Assembly (NCBI GenBank): GCA_964536745.1
Contig: CAZHYL010000004.1
Span: 16,545-80,544, forward strand
Direction of reading: 5' to 3'
DNA from: an uncultured Candidatus Saccharibacteria bacterium
Lineage (GTDB): Bacteria; Patescibacteriota; Doudnabacteria; UBA920
DNA: 64,000 bases
In this document: piece by piece, positions 49,655 to 60,700 of the stretch
Layout: each line of letters starts with the position of its first letter
Numbering within the stretch: the first letter of the stretch is position 1
Program-made: the position numbers and the translations under genes
The notes under the pieces: model-generated
What the model was told of the DNA's origin: nothing
Databases searched by the model: none
The model's input: only the letters and a program-made list of their open reading frames with translations

Positions 49655-50962
49655 CTATTCTAATAACTCTTTAATTACTTTTCTGTCATCCCAGTTTATT
49701 CTCTTGTCACCAGGCAGGACCAAAAATTGTTCGTTACCTTTCCCAGTGATTAAAATAAGATCATTTTGTTCTGCGATATCCAAAGCTTTCTTAAATGCCA
49801 ACCTTCGGTCAAATTCGACAATTATTTCGCTAACCTTTCTTTCCTCTTTCTTAACTTGTTCGATACCTTCTTTGATATTGTTAGCAATCTCTTCTTGGCT
49901 ACTGTCGTATACGTCATCATTAGTGATGATAATTGTGTCGGCGAACTTTGCCGAAATTTTTCCGAATTCAAATCTTTTTGCGATATCTCGGTGACCACCT
50001 GTCGCCCCGAAAACGTGAATCAATTTACCATGCTCTAATAGAGATGCAGTGCGGAGAGATTGTTCTAAAGGTTCCGGCTCGGGGGCATAATCGACGATAA
50101 TTGTAAGGTTTTTGTTATTTGGGATAGTTTCCATTCGGCCAGGGACAGTGCCAAATGTTCTAAGCGCTTCACTGGATTCTTGAAGTGGTACACCAATATA
50201 TTGAGCCATGCCGATTGCCAATAGAGCATTTGAAATATTGAACGAACCTTTTAAGTTTAATTCAAAGTTTACATTCTCAACTTTAAAATTAATTTTATTG
50301 GTAACAGTTATGTCAGTTGCACGAATCACAGGAACTGAGGTCTGTGGCAATCGGTCTTCTCTGGTTGAGGTTCCAAATTTTTTACCAGCATTGAAAGATA
50401 GAAAGTATTGGTAGTTTGGGTCATCGGTGTTAACACCAATAATTCCATTATGATCTAAAGCTTCAAATAATTTCCCTTTAGCGGATCTGTAATTTTCAAA
50501 ACCCCCATGAGAATCTAAGTGGGCAGGGGAGAGGTTTGTAAAAAGAGCAGCTTTAAAATTTATACCAAGATGTCTATTTTGAGCTAACCCTTCGCTAGTT
50601 GCTTCGATGACCACATATTTACATCCTTTGGCAAAAAAGTCGTGAAGGTTTTTTTGGAGGGTTGGGCCTCCTGGCATGGATAGTCCTTGAGTGTTTGTGA
50701 AAGTGCTAATACCATCAGAAGATCCAACAGTTGTTACATAACCTGTTTTTTTACCAACAGAATTTAAAATATGCGACAACATCATCACGGTGGTAGATTT
50801 TCCTGCTGTTCCTGTCACCCCAATTACAAACAGTTCATTACTTGGCGCCCCGTAATAAATGTTTGCTAGGTGTGCCAATATGCTGTGGTAAATTGGAAGC
50901 AAAGCTTTCAAAATTGAATTTGGAACAACTGCATAAATAAATTTTCTGATAGCGTTAAACAT
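49655..50962 (-). CDS. murE: MurE-like UDP-MurNAc-peptide ligase
   Basis: GVTGTAGKST, EATSEGL, TNLSPAHLD, VPGRME, GKGNE. Confidence 0.85.
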   Translation of the reverse strand: MFNAIRKFIYAVVPNSILKALLPIYHSILAHLANIYYGAPSNELFVIGVTGTAGKSTTVMMLSHILNSVGKKTGYVTTVGSSDGISTFTNTQGLSMPGGPTLQKNLHDFFAKGCKYVVIEATSEGLAQNRHLGINFKAALFTNLSPAHLDSHGGFENYRSAKGKLFEALDHNGIIGVNTDDPNYQYFLSFNAGKKFGTSTREDRLPQTSVPVIRATDITVTNKINFKVENVNFELNLKGSFNISNALLAIGMAQYIGVPLQESSEALRTFGTVPGRMETIPNNKNLTIIVDYAPEPEPLEQSLRTASLLEHGKLIHVFGATGGHRDIAKRFEFGKISAKFADTIIITNDDVYDSSQEEIANNIKEGIEQVKKEERKVSEIIVEFDRRLAFKKALDIAEQNDLILITGKGNEQFLVLPGDKRINWDDRKVIKELLE

Positions 50963-50979
50963 AGGGAGAGTGCCTTTGA

Positions 50980-51954
50980 CTAAAATAATCGATTAATTTT
51001 TCTTAGGATTCTATAAATAAAATATAAAAACTTATTTTGTACTATATCTATAGCTTCAGGATAGGAGACTTCTTTGCCACCCCACTTTAGTTTGAATTTA
51101 ACAAATCCTGGTGTTTTCCCTGTAGCGGTTTCAATGCCCCACCAATCATAATGAGTTAGGCCGGCTGATTTGGCGTCCTGTATGGCTTGCCAGTGAAGTG
51201 CGTATGGTGCCATTACATTTTTGTTTGTATCTGAGCTCCCGCCGAATAGATAGGTTCTGGTGTTTCCGTAATCTATATAGATAGCACTTGCTATGACCTC
51301 ATTATTATAGACTGCACTATATAATTGAACAAAGCTGACATTTTGTCCATTATTTTTGAAAAAATTTAGTATATCTAAATAATAATCAGATCTATGACTA
51401 TGAAATTCTTGCCTCTGGCTGGTTTTGGTTAAGAGGTCGATAGCTTGCTTGTAAGATTCTGTATTTTTCAAAATTAATACACCGTGTTTATCTGCAACTT
51501 TGATATTGTATCTGGTTTTTTGATCCATGCCTGCCAGTAGTTGCTCTGCTGATTGTGTAAGGTCTGTAATTAAAGTTTTCCCTGGCTGGATATGAACAGT
51601 TGCTTTTCCATTGATGGGAAGTTTTGCTTTAGACTCTAGCCTGATAAACCATATATCAGGATAGTCTTTTTTTATCTGATTAATAAGTGCTATGATGTCG
51701 TTTGTATTATCAAGCACGGGTCCGTATGGTGAATACAGATAAGATCCAGAAAGATGGGGAATTGGTGTATTAAAAAGTTGTATTGAACCAACTATTTTTT
51801 TATTATCAAAAACTCCGTATCTTACCACAGGCTTTTCTAGGGTTGTTTGAAAATTACCCCAAGACCAGCTCTGCAAAAAAGAACCGTCTTTGTGGGCGGC
51901 AATAAAATTTTCGTAATCAGCTTGGTCTTGATCAATTAACTTTCTAATTTCCAT
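50980..51954 (-). CDS. FemABX-family lipid II peptidyltransferase
   Basis: FLQSWSWG, QKTRYNI, YLFGGS, YDWWG, FKLKWGG. Confidence 0.9.
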   Translation of the reverse strand: MEIRKLIDQDQADYENFIAAHKDGSFLQSWSWGNFQTTLEKPVVRYGVFDNKKIVGSIQLFNTPIPHLSGSYLYSPYGPVLDNTNDIIALINQIKKDYPDIWFIRLESKAKLPINGKATVHIQPGKTLITDLTQSAEQLLAGMDQKTRYNIKVADKHGVLILKNTESYKQAIDLLTKTSQRQEFHSHRSDYYLDILNFFKNNGQNVSFVQLYSAVYNNEVIASAIYIDYGNTRTYLFGGSSDTNKNVMAPYALHWQAIQDAKSAGLTHYDWWGIETATGKTPGFVKFKLKWGGKEVSYPEAIDIVQNKFLYFIYRILRKINRLF

Positions 51955-51956
51955 TG

Positions 51957-52517
51957 TTAAGATTTTGAAATTAACTTCAGTGCTTCTCTAATTTGAGTAG
52001 AGGTATCTAAAGAAGTATCTACTTTAGAAACCACATCTCTTACTTCTCTTGGATTGTATCCAAGTGAGATAAGGGCATCGAATAGATCACTATTCGCACC
52101 GCTTGCAGATTGGAGAATTCCTCCAGAGATTTTATTTTTTAATTCTAAGATAATTCTTTCGGCAGTTTTTTTGCCAACACCAGACATTCTTGTAAAAATA
52201 TCACTATCCGCATTAATAATAGCTTGTTGTAGTACATCAATTTTTGAACTGGAGATAATTGTTAAAGCAACTTTTGGCCCAACCCCTGTGACGGAGATTA
52301 ACATTTCAAAAAAGAGTAATGAATCGAAATTTGCCATGCCAAACAAAGTTTGACCATCATCACTGCTCTTGTGATGGATATAAAGTTCGGTTTCCTTGCC
52401 GATGGGTAGTTCTAGAACTTCTGGAGTTGTGAATATTTTATAACCCACACCGCCTTGCTCTAGGATGATAAATTGTAAGGTTTTCTGGAGGATTGTACCT
52501 CGTAAATAAGCAATCAT
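51957..52517 (-). CDS. ruvA: Holliday junction binding protein
   Basis: MIAYLRG, GVGY, VTGVGPK, GVGKKTAERIILELK, ALISLGY. Confidence 0.95.
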   Translation of the reverse strand: MIAYLRGTILQKTLQFIILEQGGVGYKIFTTPEVLELPIGKETELYIHHKSSDDGQTLFGMANFDSLLFFEMLISVTGVGPKVALTIISSSKIDVLQQAIINADSDIFTRMSGVGKKTAERIILELKNKISGGILQSASGANSDLFDALISLGYNPREVRDVVSKVDTSLDTSTQIREALKLISKS

Positions 52518-52617
52518 GTTTGTATTATACCTCACTTTTGGAAACTTATTAGGGCTTGTCAGAATGGTATTATTTTGTTAAATTGGACTATTGAATGAAA
52601 AGAATAAGGAGAGGATA

Positions 52618-53604
52618 ATGGATAGGAAATTTGAGACTCAGGAGTTTTGGGACCAATTTAGAGGGTGCCAAGTTTCGGTCCAAAAGCCAGGAAAAAAATG
52701 GGTTACAGGAAAAAGTTGGGAAATAGATCCAATATTCTTCAAGGGTGTTTTGGAGGATGTCGGACTTCATAGAGGGTTGTCTTTAAGCAATAATCCTTTT
52801 GAACTAAATATTGTGGTTGGTCAGATTATTGAAAAAGGTGTCGAGCAAAAAGCTAAGAGGTATTCCTTAAATCTGCTGGACAGTAAGATAGTCGAAGAAG
52901 GCCAATCAAAGTTAATAGTTTATTCTAACCCAGCAAATCTAAGCTCGCCTCCAGATATTTATTTTACATTTCCGTTAAACTATCAATTTAACATAGATTC
53001 TGGAGAAGATAACAAGTTAGAAGAGATGCCGGCAGTTGAAGTTCTTCCAGATGATACTATTATCCCTAATGAGGAGGTAGCTATTGTAGAAGACTCTCGT
53101 CCTTTGAAAGCTTTCGAGGGGGCCAGTTGGGATGAGTCACTTAAAAATATTATCTTGGTTCGCCATGGTGATTACTCAAAGCTTCCCTCAGGGGAAAATG
53201 GATTAAATTTAACTGGGAGGAAGCAAATCTTAACCGTTGTAGAAATGCTTAGAGAAAAATGTGATCTTGGAAAAATTGCCATCTTTTCTTCTACTGCTAG
53301 GAGGTCTTGCGAAACCTCGATGATTCTTGCAACAGCCTTTGAGGCTAATTGGGAGAAGTATGAGTTTATTGGAGATGAAGGCGGGAATTCTTATAGGTAT
53401 CGCGAGGTGGTCCGTTTACTTTTCGAAAGGCATAAGGGGCTCCAAACCGTAATATTTTCTACTCATCTACCATTTTGCAGAGAAGTTCCAAGTCATCTTA
53501 TAAGAGATCTATATGATGGCTCGGAGTATGATGCAGGAGATATGAAAGTTGGTTCTTCAGTTTGGATAGACTTAAAAAAACGACAAGTAACAAGACTTAC
53601 GTAA
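52618..53604 (+). CDS. Unknown N-terminal domain fused to histidine phosphatase (SixA/PGM-like)
   Basis: IILVRHG, L...GRKQ, SSTARRSCET, STH motifs in C-terminal half; AGGAGAGG upstream. Confidence 0.75.
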   Translation: MDRKFETQEFWDQFRGCQVSVQKPGKKWVTGKSWEIDPIFFKGVLEDVGLHRGLSLSNNPFELNIVVGQIIEKGVEQKAKRYSLNLLDSKIVEEGQSKLIVYSNPANLSSPPDIYFTFPLNYQFNIDSGEDNKLEEMPAVEVLPDDTIIPNEEVAIVEDSRPLKAFEGASWDESLKNIILVRHGDYSKLPSGENGLNLTGRKQILTVVEMLREKCDLGKIAIFSSTARRSCETSMILATAFEANWEKYEFIGDEGGNSYRYREVVRLLFERHKGLQTVIFSTHLPFCREVPSHLIRDLYDGSEYDAGDMKVGSSVWIDLKKRQVTRLT

Positions 53605-53694
53605 TTCACAGACAGGAACACCCCTGTCTTTTTTTATTGACTGATTTGTCATCCAAAGTTAAGATATGAAGTTAGAAAACCAATAGGAGGGAGT

Positions 53695-54657
53695 ATGAAA
53701 AGGACTCAATTGATACTTGAGAAATCTATTTCTGATGTTAAACGCATCAAAGAGATTGCGAAGTGCTGTATTTTTATTACTCCCGACGGAGTGATAGTTA
53801 ATGAGAATCCAAATTTTATTTTGGAGGTCGTTGCGGTTATAGGGCCATACCAGGACAGTGAAATAAATTTGCCCGAAGCGGTTTTGTTGGAAGTTGGCAT
53901 GAATCGGAGTAGGCCATATGGTAAAGCCGAGGGTAATGTCGGTAGAGAAAATCGTAAGGCGATTTCAAAACGGTACGGACACTATCAGCCTACACCTGAG
54001 CAGTACCTGCTAGTTGCTCCACACCTTTTTTCTTACCTAACTAAATACGCGACAGAAAAGATTCGTGGTTGGAAAAATAATTGGCACGATCCAAGATGGA
54101 TTAAGGTAGACTCAGCCGAGTACAGGCACTTCAGCGGTCAGCGAAGAACTTATAAATGGCTCATAAAAGAACCATGTGTTCGTTTCTCGATAGATATTAG
54201 GGACGAGTTTTTGTTAAGTGATATTTATTGGGCAGAGCTTTTTGGTGTAGAGAATCGGCAATATAAGCTTGAAAGACTTGCTTCATTAATGGGCAACAGG
54301 CTAAGTGGTTATAAAATTTACAACCGAAAGCGATTCCCAAAGAATTGGATGAACTATCCACGTTTTGCAAGTGCGATTTACTCGTTAAAAAATTTACCTT
54401 GGTATTTGCAGGTATATATTTGGAAAAAATACTTTGGAAGCCATAGCCGTTTTCATTATGAAATAATGGAGCAAATCGGCTACCAAGGATTCGACCCATG
54501 GGAGGAAATATTAAGGAATAAAGTGTTTCCGTTTCCAGAACAGAGATTGCAAGTAAAAGTAAAGGTTCTTAAAAAAAGTAGAAATAGAGTCATCTTTGAA
54601 TTATATCCAAAACTTCCTGAGGAGAGTGAAGGATATGATGATGAGATTCCATTTTAA
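53695..54657 (+). CDS. Orphan protein with SSB-like acidic C-terminal tip
   Basis: GGAGG 53686-53690; basic and aromatic body; ends GYDDEIPF. Confidence 0.7.
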   Translation: MKRTQLILEKSISDVKRIKEIAKCCIFITPDGVIVNENPNFILEVVAVIGPYQDSEINLPEAVLLEVGMNRSRPYGKAEGNVGRENRKAISKRYGHYQPTPEQYLLVAPHLFSYLTKYATEKIRGWKNNWHDPRWIKVDSAEYRHFSGQRRTYKWLIKEPCVRFSIDIRDEFLLSDIYWAELFGVENRQYKLERLASLMGNRLSGYKIYNRKRFPKNWMNYPRFASAIYSLKNLPWYLQVYIWKKYFGSHSRFHYEIMEQIGYQGFDPWEEILRNKVFPFPEQRLQVKVKVLKKSRNRVIFELYPKLPEESEGYDDEIPF

Positions 54658-54805
54658 CCAACGGACATTTTATATGCTCGTTGTTTTTTATAGAGGTTGA
54701 TAATTTTTTATAGATGTGCTATAATAAATACAAATAAGTCTTAAGTTTGGCAAAAATAGTCAAATTTTTAGAAACAAAAATAAAAATACAATTAAATAAT
54801 AAAGA

Positions 54806-57361
54806 ATGAATAATCGTTTTGTGAATTGGGTGATGACTCACAAGGCTTTAACTGCGAGCCTCGCGGTTATGGCTGTCATCATTGGGTTAGTGGGAACTGT
54901 TTTAATTACTAATAAACCAGTTTCGTTTTTTGGTTATCAATTAAATCCACTATATCAATATGCTCAGATTCCTGAGCCTTGTGATCCTGGAGACCCGAAT
55001 TGTTTACCGCCTCCACCACCACCAATTCCTTCACCAACAGTAGATGTTCCAAATGTTTTATTAACAATTGGCGATAGTAATGATAGTAGTCCAAATTTGC
55101 CAGCAGATTGTGGAATTGAAACGAATGGCCCTGCAACAGTCGTTGCGACAAGTGGTGCTGCAGACTGTTTAAAAACCACAATTAATAACCCTAAAGAATC
55201 TTATACAAAAGATTTTAGGATTTGTTTATCTTTAGACTCTTCTGCAATGCAATGTACTCCATGGGCTAGTGAAGGTGGTGGTAATACTGGACAGGTAAGA
55301 AGTGGTGGATCTTTTCAATATGCTGGAGTAAGAGTAGAAAATCGTGATTTACCAGCTGGTAAAGTGATTAAAAATGTGGAAGCCGGGGTTCAGGTATATT
55401 ACCAGCGGGACGATGGTCCATGTGAAGGAACCTCTGGGATGAATTGGGCAAAGGCTATCACAGGGCAAAATGTTTCTTCATGGTCCTATGGTGCACAGCA
55501 GGATGATGACCCAGGTTGTGCTCAAATGGGATTACGGGCAACAATGCAAAATACCACCACAACTTCTACTATAAATATCCAAGGCTCTTTCCCTGGTGGA
55601 ACTCAAGGCACTCCTTACACTACTACATTAACTTTATCTGGAACTCCAAACCTTCCATGTACTTGGACTTTGGTTTCGATAACTCCTCCTGTGGCAGGTG
55701 CTGCGATTGGTGCGAGTACTGGTATTTTTACAGCCACTCCAACAACAAGTGGCATATTCCAAGTAGCGGTTAAGGTGGATTGTCAGAATGGCCAAACAGC
55801 TTCAAATACATTCCCATGGGCAGTAACTCATACAGATCCGCCAGGACCACAAACCCTTGCTATCACAGGCACATTTGCTAATGGAAAAGTGAATACAGCT
55901 TACACTCAAGCGTTTAATATTACTGGTACTTATACAAGTCCTTGTAGTTGGACATTGGTTTCAATTACCCCTGCCGTTTCTGGGGCCTCAATAATCTTTA
56001 CTGAAGGTGGCCCTGGTACAACAGGAACATTTAAGGCCACTCCAACAGTTGCAGGTACTTATCAGGTTTCAATGAAGGTTACTTGTCAAAATAATCTAAC
56101 CGCAACCAAGACCTTACCTTGGGTGGTGGATTCAGTCGGTACTCCTACAAGTTTATCAATTACTGGAACCTTTCCTGATAGTAAGGTGAACGTAGCTTAT
56201 TCAACAGACGTTAAGACAGTAAACGCTGGGGCTGATAATTGTACTCTTACATTGGTTAAAGTAACTCCTGCAGTAGCTGGGGCAACTTTAGTAAAAAGAG
56301 CTAATGTAAAAGCTGAGACAGAAACCACTGCAACATTTACTGCTACACCAAAAACTGCAGGAAATTATGTTGTGAGTGTTTCTGCAGATTGTCCACCTCT
56401 TGTAGGTGATGGTCCAAATAGATTCGCTTCAAAAGATTTTACATGGAAAGTAACTGACGATGGGACACCTCCACCACCACCTCCTGTGGGTAGTGCGAGT
56501 TGTACGGATCCTGCAAACTTACCATTCTTAACTGCTATCTATCGTTACTGGAGTCCATCAGCAGGGGATCATTTGTACACTACAAATGCTAACGAGAAAC
56601 CTTCTGGTTATCGTGCAGAAGGAATCGCTGGTTATGTTTATACTAAGCAGATTACTGGAACAACAGCAGTCTACCGAAGTTCTAACTCGAAGATTGGTTC
56701 TCACTATTATTCGACAACCAATGATGCAACGAACTACGGTTATAAAGATGAAGGCATTTTAGGTTATACTTTTGCATCTAAGGTTGAAAGCTCAGCTCCT
56801 TGGTATCGAATGCACAAAGGTGGAACTACCAGTGATTATGTTCACACTGTTAGTGAAGAAGAGCGTGGCGCAATCAAAGAACTTGGTTATGTAGACGAAG
56901 GGATTGTCGCTTACTTGTGTGGTACTCCTCAACCTACAGAGCTACAACCAATATACAGAATGTGGAATGGAGCCGAGAAAGAACATTTCTATACTACTAA
57001 TCCAGCGGAGAGAGACACTGTGTTAAGTAAAGGTTTCGTTTCCGAAGGTATTACTGGGTATATGTATGGTGTTCGAAAAGAAGGCTCATCTCCTGTATAC
57101 CGTTCTTATCATAAACAAGAAAAGCATCATTACTTTAGCTTAACGGAAAGTGAAGCAACTAAGTGGGGATATACAGTCGAAGGTATTGTCGGTTATATCT
57201 GGCCGACTACTAAGACTGGTACTGTTCCTCTATATAAGCTGTTTAATCCACAATCTCGTGATAACTTGTACACTGCTTCTACTGGTGAAGTTTCTCAAGC
57301 TGTACAGGCAGGGTATGAAGATCAAGGGGTGTTGGGTTATATGTTCACAACTGCTAAATAA
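54806..57361 (+). CDS. Large surface protein: TM anchor, Pro-rich linkers, three Ig-like repeats, DUF5648-type repeats
   Basis: Three repeats ITGTF..G....Y..C.WTLV..TP.V.GA; repeats YR.....DH.YT....GY..EGI.GY. Confidence 0.8.
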   Translation: MNNRFVNWVMTHKALTASLAVMAVIIGLVGTVLITNKPVSFFGYQLNPLYQYAQIPEPCDPGDPNCLPPPPPPIPSPTVDVPNVLLTIGDSNDSSPNLPADCGIETNGPATVVATSGAADCLKTTINNPKESYTKDFRICLSLDSSAMQCTPWASEGGGNTGQVRSGGSFQYAGVRVENRDLPAGKVIKNVEAGVQVYYQRDDGPCEGTSGMNWAKAITGQNVSSWSYGAQQDDDPGCAQMGLRATMQNTTTTSTINIQGSFPGGTQGTPYTTTLTLSGTPNLPCTWTLVSITPPVAGAAIGASTGIFTATPTTSGIFQVAVKVDCQNGQTASNTFPWAVTHTDPPGPQTLAITGTFANGKVNTAYTQAFNITGTYTSPCSWTLVSITPAVSGASIIFTEGGPGTTGTFKATPTVAGTYQVSMKVTCQNNLTATKTLPWVVDSVGTPTSLSITGTFPDSKVNVAYSTDVKTVNAGADNCTLTLVKVTPAVAGATLVKRANVKAETETTATFTATPKTAGNYVVSVSADCPPLVGDGPNRFASKDFTWKVTDDGTPPPPPPVGSASCTDPANLPFLTAIYRYWSPSAGDHLYTTNANEKPSGYRAEGIAGYVYTKQITGTTAVYRSSNSKIGSHYYSTTNDATNYGYKDEGILGYTFASKVESSAPWYRMHKGGTTSDYVHTVSEEERGAIKELGYVDEGIVAYLCGTPQPTELQPIYRMWNGAEKEHFYTTNPAERDTVLSKGFVSEGITGYMYGVRKEGSSPVYRSYHKQEKHHYFSLTESEATKWGYTVEGIVGYIWPTTKTGTVPLYKLFNPQSRDNLYTASTGEVSQAVQAGYEDQGVLGYMFTTAK

Positions 57362-57745
57362 ATTTGAAATTTACATTAAAACCGCCAATTTGGCGGTTTT
57401 TTTATATTTTCTTGAATATTACTTGACAAGTTCTTATTGACAGTTATAATACAAATGTGAACAAAATCATAAGAAATTAAGGCACTTTGCGAAGCCCTTT
57501 TTTGCGTACTGCAGGAATGGGAGTCTTTTTTTTCTCATAATACCTTTTACTAGACTTTTGGCGGCTATACCTTTTATATAATTTCACGTTTCAAAAACAA
57601 AAACTTTTTGATATATAAGCCGTAATTAGTCTTTTTTGTTTGGCTAATTACTATATATTCGACAACCAAATATCATTAAATAGCCTACTAATTGGACTTG
57701 CCCCCAGTCTAATTTATAGTAGGCAGGGAAGATTTGTATCTAATT

Positions 57746-60700
57746 ATGCCGACTGCACATAAGCCAAAAGCCATCGGTAGCGTTGTTGTCCCTAATCAAG
57801 CTTCTAAAGAACGCAAGTTTTTTAGCAAGCGACACGACGCTGTCAAAATGCCAAACCTCATTGAGGTCCAGCTAAATTCTTATAAGTGGTTCTTTGAACA
57901 CGGACTTAAAGATCTGCTTGCGGAAATCAATCCTATCCATGATTTTACTAGTAAGAATTTAGAACTCTACTTCGGAGATTATTTCTTCGACAAACCGAAG
58001 TACGATGAAATTACAGCAAGAGAACGAAATACAACTTTCGAAGCGCCATTATATGTGAGCGCAAAACTAGTTAACAAAGTAACTGGTAAAACTAAAACCC
58101 AAGATGTTTATTTTGGTGACTTCCCATTATTAACACCACGCGGAACTTTTGTTATCAATGGTGTGGAGCGTGTCGTAGTAAGTCAGTTGATTAAGTCACC
58201 TGGCGTTTTCTTCACGTCCGAATTTTCCCGAGGGAAAATGTTGTACGGTGCGAAGATAGTTCCTAATCGTGGTGCATGGCTTGAGCTAGACACAGACAAC
58301 GCAGGTGTTATTGGTGTGAAGATTGATCGTAAGCGCCGTATTCCTGTAACAGCGTTGCTTCGTATCTTTGGCTTAAAGACTAACGAACAACTTATCGAAG
58401 CTTTTAAAGATGTAGATACAAATCCTGAAATGAAGTACATCCAAACTACTTTGGATAAAGATGCTTCTAGTAATGCAGATGAAGGTTATAAAGAAGTTTA
58501 CAAACGTATTCGTCCAGGGGATTTAGCGACTGTAGATAACGCACGCTCATTGATTGATGCGATGTTCTTTAACTTTGATCGATACGATCTTTCCGAAGTA
58601 GGACGATACAAGTTTAATCAAAGATTAGATTTCCCAGATAACCATGATAGTCGCATCCTTTCTTTAGAAGACATGGTTGCTGTGGTTAAAGAAATTATTC
58701 GGTTGAACAATACAGGAGATCCAGCAGATGATATCGATCACTTGGCAAATCGACGTATCCGCGCAGTTGGTGAGTTAATCCAAACTCGTTATCGAGTTGG
58801 ACTTGCTCGTATGGCTCGTATCTGTAAAGACCGTATGTCTCTTGCAGATTTAGAAACAGTTACTCCGGCACAGTTAATCCATGTAAGACCGATCGTGGCA
58901 GCGACTCAAGAATTCTTCTCTTCATCTCAGTTGTCACAATTCATGGACCAAACTAATCCACTTGCTGAACTAGAACACAAGCGTCGTTTGTCTGCGATGG
59001 GTCCAGGTGGGCTATCCCGTGAACGCGCAGGTTTCGAAGTACGTGACGTACACCGTTCTCACTATGGCAGACTTTGTCCAATTACTACTCCAGAAGGTCC
59101 AAACATTGGTCTTGTTGCTCACTTAGCAACATATGCAAGATTGAATGATTTTGGATTTATTGAAACTCCTTACCAAATTGTAAAGAAGTTTGCCAAGAAT
59201 GATGGGAAAGACGCTGTTGGCGAAATTGCACTTTATGATGTAAAGGATGCAAGTGGTAATGTGGTTGTTTCTGCTGGCTCTAAGATGACAGAATCAGATG
59301 CAAAGAAACTTTCTCAAATCCAAGATTTAGATCAGATTCGTGTTAAAGGGCGATTGACCAAAGATGTTGATTTCATGGATGCATACGAAGAAGAAAAGTT
59401 AACTATTGGTCCTGCTAACTTAGATATAAATGACGATGGTTATTTCACTGAAGAACGTGCTTCGGTTCGTGTTCGTGGTGTCCCAACAATTAGCGATACT
59501 GATGAAATCGATTGTATTGATATTTCTCCAAAGCAAATTATTTCTGTTACAACTTCTTTGATTCCTTTCTTGGAACACGATGATGCAAACCGTGCTTTGA
59601 TGGGATCGAACATGCAACGACAAGCTGTATCTTGTATTGTTCCAAGATCTCCGATTGTTGGTACCGGTATGGAAGCTAAAGCTGCGCGCGATAGTGGACA
59701 GGTAATCTTGGCTGAAGAACCTGGAACCGTTCAGTCTGCGAGCGGAGACAAGATTGTTGTTAAAGGTGACTCAGGAAAAACTTATGAATACCCATTGCTA
59801 AAATTTGTTCGCACTAACAGTGGTACATCTTTGAATCAAATTGTTAGAGCAGATAAAGGACAAAAAGTTAAAGCTGGAGATATTTTAGCTGATGGTACTT
59901 CTACTCAACATGGTGAATTAGCATTAGGTCAAAATGTTCTTGTGGCATTTATGTCTTGGGAAGGTGGTAATTATGAAGATGCTATCTTATTATCTTCTCG
60001 TCTAGTACAAGATGACTATTATACTTCAGTTCATATTGAAGATTTCAAGATTGATGTTCGTGACACCAAACTTGGACCAGAAGTTGTAACCCGTGATATT
60101 CCAAATGTTGGAGACGAAAAATTAAAGAACCTTGATGAAGAAGGTGTGGTTCGTGTTGGTGCGCAGGTTAAGGCTGGTGATATCTTAGTTGGAAAAATTA
60201 CACCAAAGGGTGAGACTGATTTAACTGCAGAAGAAAAGTTGCTTCGTGTTATCTTCGGTGAAAAGAGCCGTGATGTAAAAGATACTTCTCTTACTCTTCC
60301 TCATGGTGAATATGGAAAAGTTGTTAATATCCGCGAATTCTCTCGTGATAATGGCGACAAGTTACAGAGCGGTGTAATTCGTTCTATTCAAGTTTCAATT
60401 GCCGTACTAAGAAAGATTCAAGTTGGTGATAAGATGGCAGGACGTCATGGAAACAAAGGTGTTATCTCTCGTATCATCCCTGTTGAAGATATGCCATTTA
60501 TGGCTGATGGGACTGCGGTAGATATTATCTTAAACCCACTTGGTATTGTGTCTCGTATGAACTTGGGTCAGGTACTAGAGACTCATCTTGGTTTTGCTGC
60601 TCATAAATTAGGTTATAAAGTTGCTACTCCAGTTTTGGATGGTTTGACCGAAGATCAGATTAAAGATGAGTTGGAAAAAGCTGGTGTTCCAAGAAGTGGA

